A DNA stretch of 64,000 bases, taken from the NCBI GenBank assembly GCA_029742005.1, contig GCA_029742005.1_4113.1. One strand, 5' to 3'. This document shows, piece by piece, positions 32,437 to 41,287 of this stretch. The notes under the pieces are model-generated. The model did not search any database, had not been told where the DNA came from, and saw only the letters and a list, made by a program, of their open reading frames with translations. This stretch comes from a phage. A program made the position numbers and the translations under genes. Positions within the stretch are counted from its first letter, which is position 1. Each line of letters starts with the position of its first letter.

Positions 32437-32688
32437 ATGAAAAAATATATTATATTTGGAATTGTATTATTTTCCAGTACTACTTATGGTGCAGATTATC
32501 ATTGCTCCGTAGCAAGGCAGGATTTCAGAAATGGGGAGTTCTATACTACCTCATACACAAAAGGAATAATACACGACACCGACAGAACTATTGGATTTAA
32601 TGCGTTTGACAACAAAGATTCATATACTTCAGGTATACTATCTGAGCGTAAGACGGATGTACTCGGAATAGAAAAAGAGTTTCGGTGA
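32437..32688 (+). CDS. secreted small protein
   Basis: Signal peptide MKKYIIFGIVLFSSTTYGA; internal ATG after AGAGGG RBS. Confidence 0.5.
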   Translation: MKKYIIFGIVLFSSTTYGADYHCSVARQDFRNGEFYTTSYTKGIIHDTDRTIGFNAFDNKDSYTSGILSERKTDVLGIEKEFR

Positions 32689-32698
32689 TTCCGTGGCA

Positions 32699-33022
32699 AT
32701 GTGTAATGACATTGAAAGTACTAAAAAAATTTATTATAATAATGAAATAAATTATCGTTTTCATAATTTAACCACAAATAAAAGTTTACTATTTTACAAT
32801 TGTAAAGAAGTAAAATTCCCACCAGACAATAGCTGTACTCCAACTAATCAACCCCCAGCACAATGTAATACTCCCTCTGAACCTGATAAAAATAAAAAAG
32901 ACAAAGATAAAGATAAAAAAGAAGACAAAAAACCTTTAAAAGATAAAAAGAAAGATAAAAAACCTAATCCGTTTAAAAATAATAAACCAGCACAACCCGA
33001 TATGACGTGTAAAATAAAATAA
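32699..33022 (+). CDS. hypothetical Lys/Asp-rich low-complexity protein
   Basis: ORF track; KDKDKDKKEDKKPLKDKKKDKKPNP tract; start uncertain. Confidence 0.4.
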   Translation: MCNDIESTKKIYYNNEINYRFHNLTTNKSLLFYNCKEVKFPPDNSCTPTNQPPAQCNTPSEPDKNKKDKDKDKKEDKKPLKDKKKDKKPNPFKNNKPAQPDMTCKIK

Positions 33023-33031
33023 GGATATAAA

Positions 33032-33451
33032 ATGAAAAAGATTTTTTTAAGTATTATTTTAGTACTTTTTAGTTTTAATGTATATGCAGCAGATGCTAAA
33101 CAGGTTGCTAATACAGTAAAAGATGTTATAGTAGACAATGCTCCTACCTTAGAGGAAATTGGGGTAAAAACTTGTGATATTGTAATATATAATTTAGTTA
33201 ATGATGAACGAGTTATGTTGAATACGTATGAACAAGTAGTCCCATTGGTTGAATCTGGTGCTGCTTTTAGCTTTACATATAAAGTTAAATTAACAGGAGG
33301 GGTTGAAGTTAATCTTGACATTGATACCGCTTCAGTACTAAAAGATAAACTAGGATATGTGTTCAATCGTATTCGTGAAGAAGGTCATCTTAAGTATGTT
33401 TATGAAAGTAAAATACTAAAACGTGCAATAGTTATAGAAAACTGTAAATGA
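33032..33451 (+). CDS. secreted protein
   Basis: Signal peptide MKKIFLSIILVLFSFNVYAADA. Confidence 0.55.
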   Translation: MKKIFLSIILVLFSFNVYAADAKQVANTVKDVIVDNAPTLEEIGVKTCDIVIYNLVNDERVMLNTYEQVVPLVESGAAFSFTYKVKLTGGVEVNLDIDTASVLKDKLGYVFNRIREEGHLKYVYESKILKRAIVIENCK

Positions 33452-33460
33452 TAATAAAAG

Positions 33461-33492
33461 GGTTGACTTCGGTCAGCCTTTTTTGTTATGAT
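33461..33492 (+). promoter_or_regulatory. terminator-like stem-loop with embedded sigma-70-like promoter (class B cassette)
   Basis: GGTTGAC-TTCG-GTCAGCC-TTTTTTG-TTATGAT. Confidence 0.55.
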
Positions 33493-33520
33493 GTTGATAT
33501 TAACTACAGAGGATAAAGTA

Positions 33521-34162
33521 ATGACTAAGCAAGAAATATTCAAAACTTTAATTGACATTTTGCGTCCATCAAAAACTCGTTGTGCGATGGAGTTTGATAT
33601 TCCTTATGCTGAACGCGTAATCTTTCCACAAGTTAAAGCTGCTGGACTTACTTTGCTTGGAATGGGGATGTACTCTGTAGTAGTTGAACATAAAAACTAT
33701 CCTGGGCGTGCATTTAAAGTAACCACTTCACGCTGGGATGGTTTTCGTGCTTATGCAATGTACTGCATTGAAAACGCAGGAACCAAGTTTCTTCCAGTGA
33801 TCTACAGTGCAAACGAACAAGGAAACTTTGGATGGTATGAGATGGACAAGTACTATCCTATAATTAAACAAAAAAATAATTATGATGACTTTGTTAGTAC
33901 TAAAATTGGAGATTTATATTCTTATGCACATGCTGGTCAGTATGCTACTTCAGTGAATGATATGCGTGGAAATTCTGAAGAGATTGCTATTGCGACGGTC
34001 GCTGCTAACATCATGAAAGAGTTTCACGGGCGTTTTGTACCAGACATTCATTCCAGTAATGTCATGATGGATAAAGATGGCAATGTATTCATTACTGATC
34101 CTCTTTCGTGTGATGTACGTAGAGAAATACCAGTTACTGAAGAAGATCCAGTTTTTTATTGA
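33521..34162 (+). CDS. protein kinase-like fold protein
   Basis: Catalytic-loop-like DIHSSNVMMDKDGNVFITDP; start at internal ATG after AGAGGATAAAG. Confidence 0.5.
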   Translation: MTKQEIFKTLIDILRPSKTRCAMEFDIPYAERVIFPQVKAAGLTLLGMGMYSVVVEHKNYPGRAFKVTTSRWDGFRAYAMYCIENAGTKFLPVIYSANEQGNFGWYEMDKYYPIIKQKNNYDDFVSTKIGDLYSYAHAGQYATSVNDMRGNSEEIAIATVAANIMKEFHGRFVPDIHSSNVMMDKDGNVFITDPLSCDVRREIPVTEEDPVFY

Positions 34163-34224
34163 CAGAACTGATGTAATGAGGTATTCTTAATAAACCATTA
34201 AAAAGTGCGGTAAAGGATAAAATC

Positions 34225-34506
34225 ATGCGTTCATTTGAAAACTTAATAGGTAAGAATCTTTTATCTGAAATTGATGCAGACGTTAAAGAATTATCCAAAT
34301 CAAAAAGTTACATTCATTTGGATGAACTATTTGTTAAGTACGGTGAGATTGGTTTTAAGTCATTATTTGTTTTTACTATGAAAGTACATAGTTTAAAGTA
34401 CTTCGATTTGAGTGCTAAAGATGGTGAACCGAATCTATATTACATGTATTACCTTAAGAACAAAGATGAAGCTAATACATTACTCTCTGAATATATATTG
34501 GGGTAA
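34225..34506 (+). CDS. hypothetical protein (93 aa)
   Basis: ORF track; AAAGGA RBS. Confidence 0.5.
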   Translation: MRSFENLIGKNLLSEIDADVKELSKSKSYIHLDELFVKYGEIGFKSLFVFTMKVHSLKYFDLSAKDGEPNLYYMYYLKNKDEANTLLSEYILG

Positions 34507-34508
34507 AA

Positions 34509-34847
34509 ATGGAACAATATTTTGAATTAATAAACAAAGTATCATTTTATGTAGTATCTTTGGTTTGGGTGTATTATATGTTTTGCTACATTATTGCATT
34601 CTTCCGATACACTACTTTATATGAACGTATCTACTATGATGCCCCAATTTCATTCTTGATGTTTTGTGCATGTACGTGGGGAATATTAGAAGTACTGATA
34701 TGTGGGTATAGTACTGATGAATTAAATCTGGTATCGGTGTTGACTGGGTTTTCATTTGTTGTTATGATAGCTGCCGTTCCAGTATGGTTGTTCTTTGGAC
34801 TAGTTCATCGCATTGATATATGGCGTTCTAATATCCCTGAAAAGTAA
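34509..34847 (+). CDS. small 3-TM membrane protein, array member
   Basis: Three hydrophobic helices; C-terminal RSNIPEK. Confidence 0.55.
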   Translation: MEQYFELINKVSFYVVSLVWVYYMFCYIIAFFRYTTLYERIYYDAPISFLMFCACTWGILEVLICGYSTDELNLVSVLTGFSFVVMIAAVPVWLFFGLVHRIDIWRSNIPEK

Positions 34848-34850
34848 GGA

Positions 34851-35198
34851 TTGGTAATGATTTATTACACTAACATGTTTGCCTATGCTGTTGCTTGCAT
34901 TTACATTGTTTACTTCTTATTCGGTGGAGTACTGTGCTTCTTTAAGTACAAAACGTTGTTCAACCGAATGTACCCAAATCATCCAATTGTAGTTGTACTT
35001 TTGATTCTTTCAGTTTCTCAAATAATCGTTGAAACTACAATGGGTATCAGTAGTGTACATTATAGTTTTGGTACTATAGTAATTATTACTATGCTTATTG
35101 CATACATTTTAGTACTTGGATATGGTATCTTTGGTAATATTGGTATGAAAATGTATCATCGAATTAAAACATTACGTGATAATCTACCGGAGCGTTGA
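34851..35198 (+). CDS. small 3-TM membrane protein, array member
   Basis: Paralog; C-terminal RDNLPER. Confidence 0.55.
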   Translation: MVMIYYTNMFAYAVACIYIVYFLFGGVLCFFKYKTLFNRMYPNHPIVVVLLILSVSQIIVETTMGISSVHYSFGTIVIITMLIAYILVLGYGIFGNIGMKMYHRIKTLRDNLPER

Positions 35199-35199
35199 T

Positions 35200-35544
35200 A
35201 TGTATAATTTGAACCTAATCTCATATATTATAACAACACTGTTTACATTCTATGCCTTTGTTGGTATAATCCTACTGTACTTTAAATTTTATAAAGTGTT
35301 TAACCGTTTCTATCCTTCAATGGAGAATGAGTTTTTCTTTGTGTTGTACGTATGTTACACATTCATGGCTACATGTTTCACTGTAGTCGATGGTGTCATC
35401 GGCATTAAAACTGCTGCACCAAATGGTAGTACGCTGGTTGCATTTATTCTTACCGGATTCCTTGCAACTTATATTGCCTTCATTGCAACATGGTCAGTGG
35501 TTGAATTTCTCTTGCGACTACGAAAGAATATGCCGAATCGATAG
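35200..35544 (+). CDS. small 3-TM membrane protein, array member
   Basis: Paralog; C-terminal RKNMPNR. Confidence 0.55.
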   Translation: MYNLNLISYIITTLFTFYAFVGIILLYFKFYKVFNRFYPSMENEFFFVLYVCYTFMATCFTVVDGVIGIKTAAPNGSTLVAFILTGFLATYIAFIATWSVVEFLLRLRKNMPNR

Positions 35545-35553
35545 GAGACATAT

Positions 35554-35808
35554 ATGTTTGCATTGCGTAACAAAAACACTAAAGAAATATTATGTTTAGA
35601 TACCGTATGGGATTGTGCGGGATCAACTACAGTTCTTGAAGAAGGAACTGGATATTGCGTGTTTGTTGTACATGATAGGAATGAACTCGAATTATTACTT
35701 GCTGAGTTCAATGCTGGTGGTAATCCTAACAGTACTGAATACCCTGAGATTATCAATCCAGCACCACCAGGCTCTTATGAAATTCTACAACTGTGGGAGT
35801 TGAAGTAA
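35554..35808 (+). CDS. hypothetical protein (84 aa)
   Basis: ORF track; GGAGA RBS. Confidence 0.5.
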   Translation: MFALRNKNTKEILCLDTVWDCAGSTTVLEEGTGYCVFVVHDRNELELLLAEFNAGGNPNSTEYPEIINPAPPGSYEILQLWELK

Positions 35809-36188
35809 TGCGTCAAATGCACAAAGTAACCGAGCTAAACAAGCGTCTGGTTAAACAATCAATGTTCGAGGATAAAGAGTCTTATTATAACTTTAAACGT
35901 GCAGTAGAGGCTGCTATCCACATTCAGAAGCTTAAAGAACGTGGTTGTATTATTCTGGAAAATGGTTCGGAAGTTGTAACGGATGACTTTAGTGTAGCGT
36001 TTGATGTTTCACCTGACGGGACGCTATCAATGCCCCGCTTAGGAACTGGAAACATGACTGTTTGGGTTGGCTTCACTATGGGGAATGTACCTGGTACTGT
36101 GTACGTAGATGATGCGGAATTGAAAGACAGTTTCAAAAACTTATCTTATCTTGAACCACAATACGCACATGAAATGAATTTATTTTGA
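35808..36188 (+). CDS. hypothetical protein
   Basis: ATG overlaps previous stop (TAATG). Confidence 0.5.
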   Translation: MRQMHKVTELNKRLVKQSMFEDKESYYNFKRAVEAAIHIQKLKERGCIILENGSEVVTDDFSVAFDVSPDGTLSMPRLGTGNMTVWVGFTMGNVPGTVYVDDAELKDSFKNLSYLEPQYAHEMNLF

Positions 36189-36189
36189 G

Positions 36190-36217
36190 TTGACAAACAC
36201 ATTCAGTACTGTATAAT
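36190..36217 (+). promoter_or_regulatory. sigma-70-like early promoter (class A)
   Basis: TTGACAAACACATTCAGTACTGTATAAT. Confidence 0.6.
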
Positions 36218-36264
36218 GCTTATCAAGGGGATGAATTTCTCATCCCTACAATCGAGGAACTACC

Positions 36265-36819
36265 ATGATTACTTTTAAGAAAACTGCTAACCACATCCAT
36301 GAAATCTACATTAACGGTCACAAAGCTGGCCTTCTTCGTTTACTCGCCCATCATCCTGATGTTACCGTATCTGATAATGAACCTAAAGATTGGCGTGTAT
36401 TTTTCTTTGGAAAGTACAGTGATTTTCAAGTATCAAACCTGAAGAACATTCGTTCAGTATGCACGTTAACTGAAATTAAAGAAAAGTTAGAAAAAGCATT
36501 GAAAACTAATCCAGATGGTGTTCTTCCACCTGATAACTTTGTAGAGAAAGGTTATGCATTAGCTCATTTCAAAGATGGTACTATTCAATCTATCAGTACT
36601 GAATATGAATATCAATGGACTGAGTACTTCACTTATGGATCGCGTAATACATTGATGGCTTCACGTAGTAAATTGGAAGAAGTACTGACTCGTATGAATG
36701 AACGCGAACGTCAATTTTATGACAAACCAGAAATGTGGAGTTCAACTTACATTGACCGTATTGACTATGTTATTATGACTCCAATCTTTGACACTGCTTA
36801 CTATGATTCTTTGAAATAA
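36265..36819 (+). CDS. hypothetical protein (184 aa)
   Basis: ORF track; GAGGAA RBS. Confidence 0.55.
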   Translation: MITFKKTANHIHEIYINGHKAGLLRLLAHHPDVTVSDNEPKDWRVFFFGKYSDFQVSNLKNIRSVCTLTEIKEKLEKALKTNPDGVLPPDNFVEKGYALAHFKDGTIQSISTEYEYQWTEYFTYGSRNTLMASRSKLEEVLTRMNERERQFYDKPEMWSSTYIDRIDYVIMTPIFDTAYYDSLK

Positions 36820-36830
36820 GGATAACTTAT

Positions 36831-37007
36831 ATGAAACTACGTACTCGTAATCGACTGATGGATGCACTGTACCATGAACAGCTTTCACTGAATGAAGTGA
36901 AGCGACAGTTAATGTACACATATCTGTTACCCGCTCGCATTGCAAAACAACGTGCTAAAGAATTGCTGAAAGAAGCAATCGAGTACTGGGAATCTGATTC
37001 GTACTAA
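36831..37007 (+). CDS. small basic hypothetical protein (58 aa)
   Basis: Manually read ORF below track cutoff; AAGGA RBS. Confidence 0.4.
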   Translation: MKLRTRNRLMDALYHEQLSLNEVKRQLMYTYLLPARIAKQRAKELLKEAIEYWESDSY

Positions 37008-37035
37008 TTGTCACGTTAATTAAGTGAGGCGATAA

Positions 37036-37287
37036 ATGAAAATTTTATTAGTTCTAATACTACTAATTGTTTTACCATTTACGTTAGTATCCCCTGGACT
37101 TGCATGGAATGTGTTTGTGTACTTAGTATGTACTATTGTAGTAAATGGTATCTTGTTCTTAGTTCTATTCATAAATGGAATAGGACACGGTGGAGGATGG
37201 ACCAGTACTGCTGATATTGTACATAAAACCACTATGTCTTTATTTGTAGTGTGGAATTTATTCTGGACTTGGTTTGTGTTCTTCTAA
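37036..37287 (+). CDS. small integral membrane protein
   Basis: ORF track; hydrophobic throughout. Confidence 0.5.
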   Translation: MKILLVLILLIVLPFTLVSPGLAWNVFVYLVCTIVVNGILFLVLFINGIGHGGGWTSTADIVHKTTMSLFVVWNLFWTWFVFF

Positions 37288-37299
37288 TTAAAAAAAAAT

Positions 37300-37671
37300 A
37301 TGAATATAGATTTGAAAGGTGCAACCCGAACTGTCATACTCATTGGGGAATATGCTATCAAGATTCCAACCTTTAAAAGTTGGAAGCTATTCTTAACAGG
37401 GATGATAGCTAACCTCAATGAACGTTCTTGGATGCAGTACTCCAAGCGTAGTGATAGTGGTATCTGCCCTACGTTGTGGTCATCATGTACTGGACTAGTA
37501 ACTGTACAGAAACGTTGTAAGCCAGTACAACATAGGGGTTTATTTTGGGTGGAGTTGTGTGCTTTAGCATTGAATTCAGAGTTAAGTACTGACTTCTTCT
37601 ATTCAGATGCGAAGCCAGAAAACTTTGGGTATCTGGGTGGTAAGTTAGTTAAACTTGATTATGGAGATTAA
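37300..37671 (+). CDS. minimal protein-kinase-like protein (123 aa)
   Basis: Ordered kinase-like motifs: G-rich LKGATRTVILIG, YAIKIP, DAKPENFGY, KLDYGD. Confidence 0.45.
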   Translation: MNIDLKGATRTVILIGEYAIKIPTFKSWKLFLTGMIANLNERSWMQYSKRSDSGICPTLWSSCTGLVTVQKRCKPVQHRGLFWVELCALALNSELSTDFFYSDAKPENFGYLGGKLVKLDYGD

Positions 37672-37672
37672 T

Positions 37673-38095
37673 ATGTACGCACTGTATAATAAAGAAAAGA
37701 AACAATTTGCTAAGGTTGAAAAATCGATTGATACATTTGGCATGTTTAAGTACTGTATTGTGACGGACCCATATGCTAACTTGTATTACGTTCTTGATGA
37801 CGTATCAGTACTGCAACGATTGCTTGAACGTTCCAAAAGCCAATGCCAAGGTATCCATGATGGTTCAACTTATGAAACACCTGAGTGTTCCTATGGCTAT
37901 CTGGATGGGTATGAGATTGTGAAGTTGGGTGCATTGTTGATTAATGAGGAATTTATGAAACTATGTACATGTGATGATTGTGGTAAACAAATACCAGAAA
38001 GTGAAGTATATCGTAATGAAACTGCATTCGGTGATGATGGTGACTACTGCCAGGATTGTTTTTACGAGAACCATTATGATTTTGGCGATGATTAA
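37673..38095 (+). CDS. hypothetical protein with C-terminal zinc-ribbon
   Basis: CTCDDCGKQ ... YCQDCFYENHYDF; internal ATG after GGAGA RBS. Confidence 0.5.
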   Translation: MYALYNKEKKQFAKVEKSIDTFGMFKYCIVTDPYANLYYVLDDVSVLQRLLERSKSQCQGIHDGSTYETPECSYGYLDGYEIVKLGALLINEEFMKLCTCDDCGKQIPESEVYRNETAFGDDGDYCQDCFYENHYDFGDD

Positions 38096-38101
38096 AACAA
38101 A

Positions 38102-38134
38102 GGGTTGACTTCGGTCAGCCCTTTTTGTTATAAT
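38102..38134 (+). promoter_or_regulatory. terminator-like stem-loop with embedded sigma-70-like promoter (class B cassette)
   Basis: GGGTTGAC-TTCG-GTCAGCCC, T-run, TATAAT. Confidence 0.6.
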
Positions 38135-38162
38135 CATTTCATCGAAACGAGAGGATGAATAC

Positions 38163-38678
38163 ATGACACGCATTAACTTAGTACACGTTAAAGAACTTGC
38201 TGACCAACATCTGATGGCTGAATATCGTGAACTCCCACGTGTATTTGGTGCTGTACAAAAACACGTTCAAGCACGTAAGCGTGTACGTGATTTCAAAATT
38301 AACAGTACTTACCTGTTAGGTTCAGGTCATGTAACATTCTTCTACAACAAGTTATTGTACTTACAGAAGCGTCATATTGATATTGTTAACGAATGTTTGC
38401 GTCGTGGTATGAAGATTCAAAACACTGAAGTAAACGACATTAGCGGATTCCCTGCTGAGTTTTGTAATGACTACGTACCATCGGAGTCAGAGATTAAAAT
38501 GTCTCGTGAGCGTTTGATTGAGAAGCTACAGATGAAGCCTACGTGGTATAAATTTACTGACGTTGAACGCCCACAGTATGTTAAAGATATGCAGGACGTA
38601 AGTAGTAATATAGAATCTAGTACTGATTTGTTCGACGAAATTGAAGAACAAATCAAAGATGAAATGAATAATTATTAA
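38163..38678 (+). CDS. denV: endonuclease V, pyrimidine-dimer DNA glycosylase
   Basis: N-terminal two-thirds closely matches T4 DenV as recalled from memory (MTRINL...[18 protein letters not shown]...KRVRDFKI...GHVTFFY); extra acidic C-terminal tail. Confidence 0.85.
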   Translation: MTRINLVHVKELADQHLMAEYRELPRVFGAVQKHVQARKRVRDFKINSTYLLGSGHVTFFYNKLLYLQKRHIDIVNECLRRGMKIQNTEVNDISGFPAEFCNDYVPSESEIKMSRERLIEKLQMKPTWYKFTDVERPQYVKDMQDVSSNIESSTDLFDEIEEQIKDEMNNY

Positions 38679-38685
38679 AGAAAAG

Positions 38686-38718
38686 GGTTGACTTCGGTCA
38701 GCCCTTTTTGCTATAATT
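38686..38718 (+). promoter_or_regulatory. terminator-like stem-loop with embedded sigma-70-like promoter (class B cassette)
   Basis: GGGTTGAC-TTCG-GTCAGCCC, TTTTTG, CTATAAT. Confidence 0.6.
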
Positions 38719-38745
38719 ATTTCATCAACTGATGAGGATAACGAA

Positions 38746-39516
38746 ATGACCAGAGAAGCACGTAGCATTCAAATCCAGAAAAACTTCAACTCCATGATGG
38801 TTGCTCTTGAGTGTTTGCTCGATGATAGCAGTACTGTAAAAAGTATGGTTGTCAGCGGTGCACCTGGTGTTGGTAAGACTTACACCCTGTCACAACGCCT
38901 CCAGAAAGCTCATGACGCAGCAGAATGGAACGTAGCTACTATCAGTGGTAAGATGACTACTCTTGCTCTGTATGAAGTTCTGTACAAGAATCGTCACAGC
39001 ACTAACGTATTAGTACTGGATGATATGGACAGCATCTTTGATTCAGAAGACGGTATGAACCTGCTCAAAGCAGTACTGGACAGCGGTAAACGTACTGTGT
39101 CTTACATGACTAGCTCTAAGTACTTAACTACCAACGGTATCCCTAACAGCTTTGATTTTAACGGTCGTATCGTATTCATTACTAACAAAGATTTAGCACT
39201 GAATGCTAAAGCTAAAACCAAAATGTCTGCTCACTATGCTGCTCTTATGTCTCGCTCTGTGTATGTTGACTTACAGATCCAGACTAAAAGCGATATCATG
39301 ATTCACATTGAAAACGTAATGAACAAGACCAACATCCTGTCAACTAAAGGTGTTAATAGTAATGGTAGTAAAGCAATCCTGAATTGGATGCTGAAACATG
39401 AAGATGCACTTCGTGCCCCTTCACTGCGTATGCCTCTGTTGATTTCAGCAGTATACAACAACAACCCGTATGATTGGGAAGAGCAGTGCGAAAACTTGTT
39501 CCTTGAGAAAATTTAA
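38746..39516 (+). CDS. P-loop NTPase (Walker A GAPGVGKT)
   Basis: Walker A motif VVSGAPGVGKTYT and Walker B-like VLVLDDMD. Confidence 0.6.
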   Translation: MTREARSIQIQKNFNSMMVALECLLDDSSTVKSMVVSGAPGVGKTYTLSQRLQKAHDAAEWNVATISGKMTTLALYEVLYKNRHSTNVLVLDDMDSIFDSEDGMNLLKAVLDSGKRTVSYMTSSKYLTTNGIPNSFDFNGRIVFITNKDLALNAKAKTKMSAHYAALMSRSVYVDLQIQTKSDIMIHIENVMNKTNILSTKGVNSNGSKAILNWMLKHEDALRAPSLRMPLLISAVYNNNPYDWEEQCENLFLEKI

Positions 39517-39583
39517 TTACATGTATTGACAGTACTACACTATGGTAGTACTATAACTTAATATTCACCACCGGAGATACGAT

Positions 39584-39922
39584 ATGCTTGAGTTTTTTAA
39601 TTCAGATACAATGCTTAGTATTACTTTGATTTATCTGTTTGGTTTTTTCTTTTATCATGCACTAGTTGTAGTACTATGGTATTTTAAAAAGAAAATCGTT
39701 TTCAAACTGTATCCTGATGGAAACATTTCACTACTTCTTTTCACTATTATCCAAGGTATGTTTGCAATTGTTGGTCTTATCGCACACTTAATTTATTGTG
39801 CTAATCCACAGTTGAACTCAATATCACAATATATTGTATTCCTTGGATTACTAATTTGGGTGCTGATATACTTGTTTAATCTCATCATTAATGGTAGAGC
39901 AAAAATTCGTGGGGACTTCTAA
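39584..39922 (+). CDS. small 3-TM membrane protein, array member
   Basis: Paralog of 34509-35544 family. Confidence 0.55.
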   Translation: MLEFFNSDTMLSITLIYLFGFFFYHALVVVLWYFKKKIVFKLYPDGNISLLLFTIIQGMFAIVGLIAHLIYCANPQLNSISQYIVFLGLLIWVLIYLFNLIINGRAKIRGDF

Positions 39923-40269
39923 TGTTTGAATCTTATCTTGAGTTTTTAAAGAGTAGTTCTGTTGCACATTCAATTGCAGGGATTATTCTAACAGGTTATG
40001 TAACATTTTGGGTAGTTATGTTTCTAGGATGGTATTTTAAACGACAATTCTATAAGCGTAATGGTGAAGATTTTATGAATTCTTTCATTAATCAATCGTT
40101 GTTTGCATCAACATTGATAGCATGTATTGTAGCAACACTCACAGGAAAGGTACTGCCAGCATTCTCCGCAGTTTACGGTACATTGGGTATGATATGTGTA
40201 GTTTTTTACTTGACCATTAAACTTTGTTGTGTTATGATTGAACTTCGAAACAAGATACCGGAGGAATGA
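39922..40269 (+). CDS. small 3-TM membrane protein, array member
   Basis: Coupled start; C-terminal RNKIPEE. Confidence 0.55.
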   Translation: MFESYLEFLKSSSVAHSIAGIILTGYVTFWVVMFLGWYFKRQFYKRNGEDFMNSFINQSLFASTLIACIVATLTGKVLPAFSAVYGTLGMICVVFYLTIKLCCVMIELRNKIPEE

Positions 40270-40604
40270 TGGAATATTTTTTACACTTACTGCCGTGGTA
40301 TATGAAAGTTAGTACTATGTACTATATTCTTAGTGCTGGATTCTACTTTCTGATGTGGTTCTTCAAACGACCAATTTCAGTATTCATCTCTGATAACATG
40401 CTGCAATTAAAATTACACGCATGGTTTTTTATGGCGATGTTTATGCCTATTATTCACTACTCAATGATTAGTAGAGGTTTACGTTCTAATGGTGAACCAA
40501 TTATATTAGTATTCTATTGGGGTTCAACTATTGCATATGTAAGTTTGTTGTTGATCCCAGCCGTTCATAAATTACGTGCTAAAGTTCCTGATGTGAGGTA
40601 CTAA
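40266..40604 (+). CDS. small 3-TM membrane protein, array member
   Basis: Overlapping ATGA junction. Confidence 0.55.
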   Translation: MMEYFLHLLPWYMKVSTMYYILSAGFYFLMWFFKRPISVFISDNMLQLKLHAWFFMAMFMPIIHYSMISRGLRSNGEPIILVFYWGSTIAYVSLLLIPAVHKLRAKVPDVRY

Positions 40605-40918
40605 TGGATATCTTAACATTGATTTACACGTTGTATTCATTCTATTTTATTATGTGTTGGGTTGGATTTTTATTTGTACTGAAGATGTTTGATTATGTTG
40701 AAAAACAGATAAAAGAATTTTGTATTCCTTTTATTGGGTCAACCATTATTAGTATTACTTGTTTGTATTATTTGGTATGTGATCCACCTGATGATACAGC
40801 TATGATTGATTTCATGTTATTGCCAACAACTGTTATTTTTTTATGTAGTCTGATGCCACCGATTAGCCGTGGACTAACTGAATTTAGACGCAATCAAAAG
40901 CGTAAACGAGGGATGTGA
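40604..40918 (+). CDS. small 3-TM membrane protein, array member
   Basis: Coupled start. Confidence 0.55.
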   Translation: MDILTLIYTLYSFYFIMCWVGFLFVLKMFDYVEKQIKEFCIPFIGSTIISITCLYYLVCDPPDDTAMIDFMLLPTTVIFLCSLMPPISRGLTEFRRNQKRKRGM

Positions 40919-41286
40919 TGGAAATTGCACTTATTATATTAACTGCTATGTTGTTTATTAGTACAATTGTTATTATTGGCAAGTTCTTCTGTGTATCCTT
41001 CTTGGAAACCGTATACGATGAAATTGCTGATGATTATGAATTACATGCGGGATTTTTTACTACGTATTGGATTAGTTTATTACTACTTATCACTGTATGG
41101 ATTTTACATATATTCAAATGGGGTATGGTAGATGGTGATCCAGTACTGGCAATTATCTGTGTAGTGTTTGGTCTACTCGGTGGTGCTGTCCATAATCTGA
41201 TGGTAATTTGGCAAACCGTACAATATGTATTAGTTCCACATTTTCAGAGAATGCACCAAAGCATCAAATACCGCAAACGAGGATAA
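40915..41286 (+). CDS. small 3-TM membrane protein, array member
   Basis: Overlapping junction. Confidence 0.55.
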   Translation: MMEIALIILTAMLFISTIVIIGKFFCVSFLETVYDEIADDYELHAGFFTTYWISLLLLITVWILHIFKWGMVDGDPVLAIICVVFGLLGGAVHNLMVIWQTVQYVLVPHFQRMHQSIKYRKRG

Positions 41287-41287
41287 C

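Noticed and set aside
32848-33366. Minus-strand 172-aa ORF overlapping the secreted-protein genes
   Set aside because: Low-complexity translation antisense to well-supported plus-strand genes with signal peptides and RBS.
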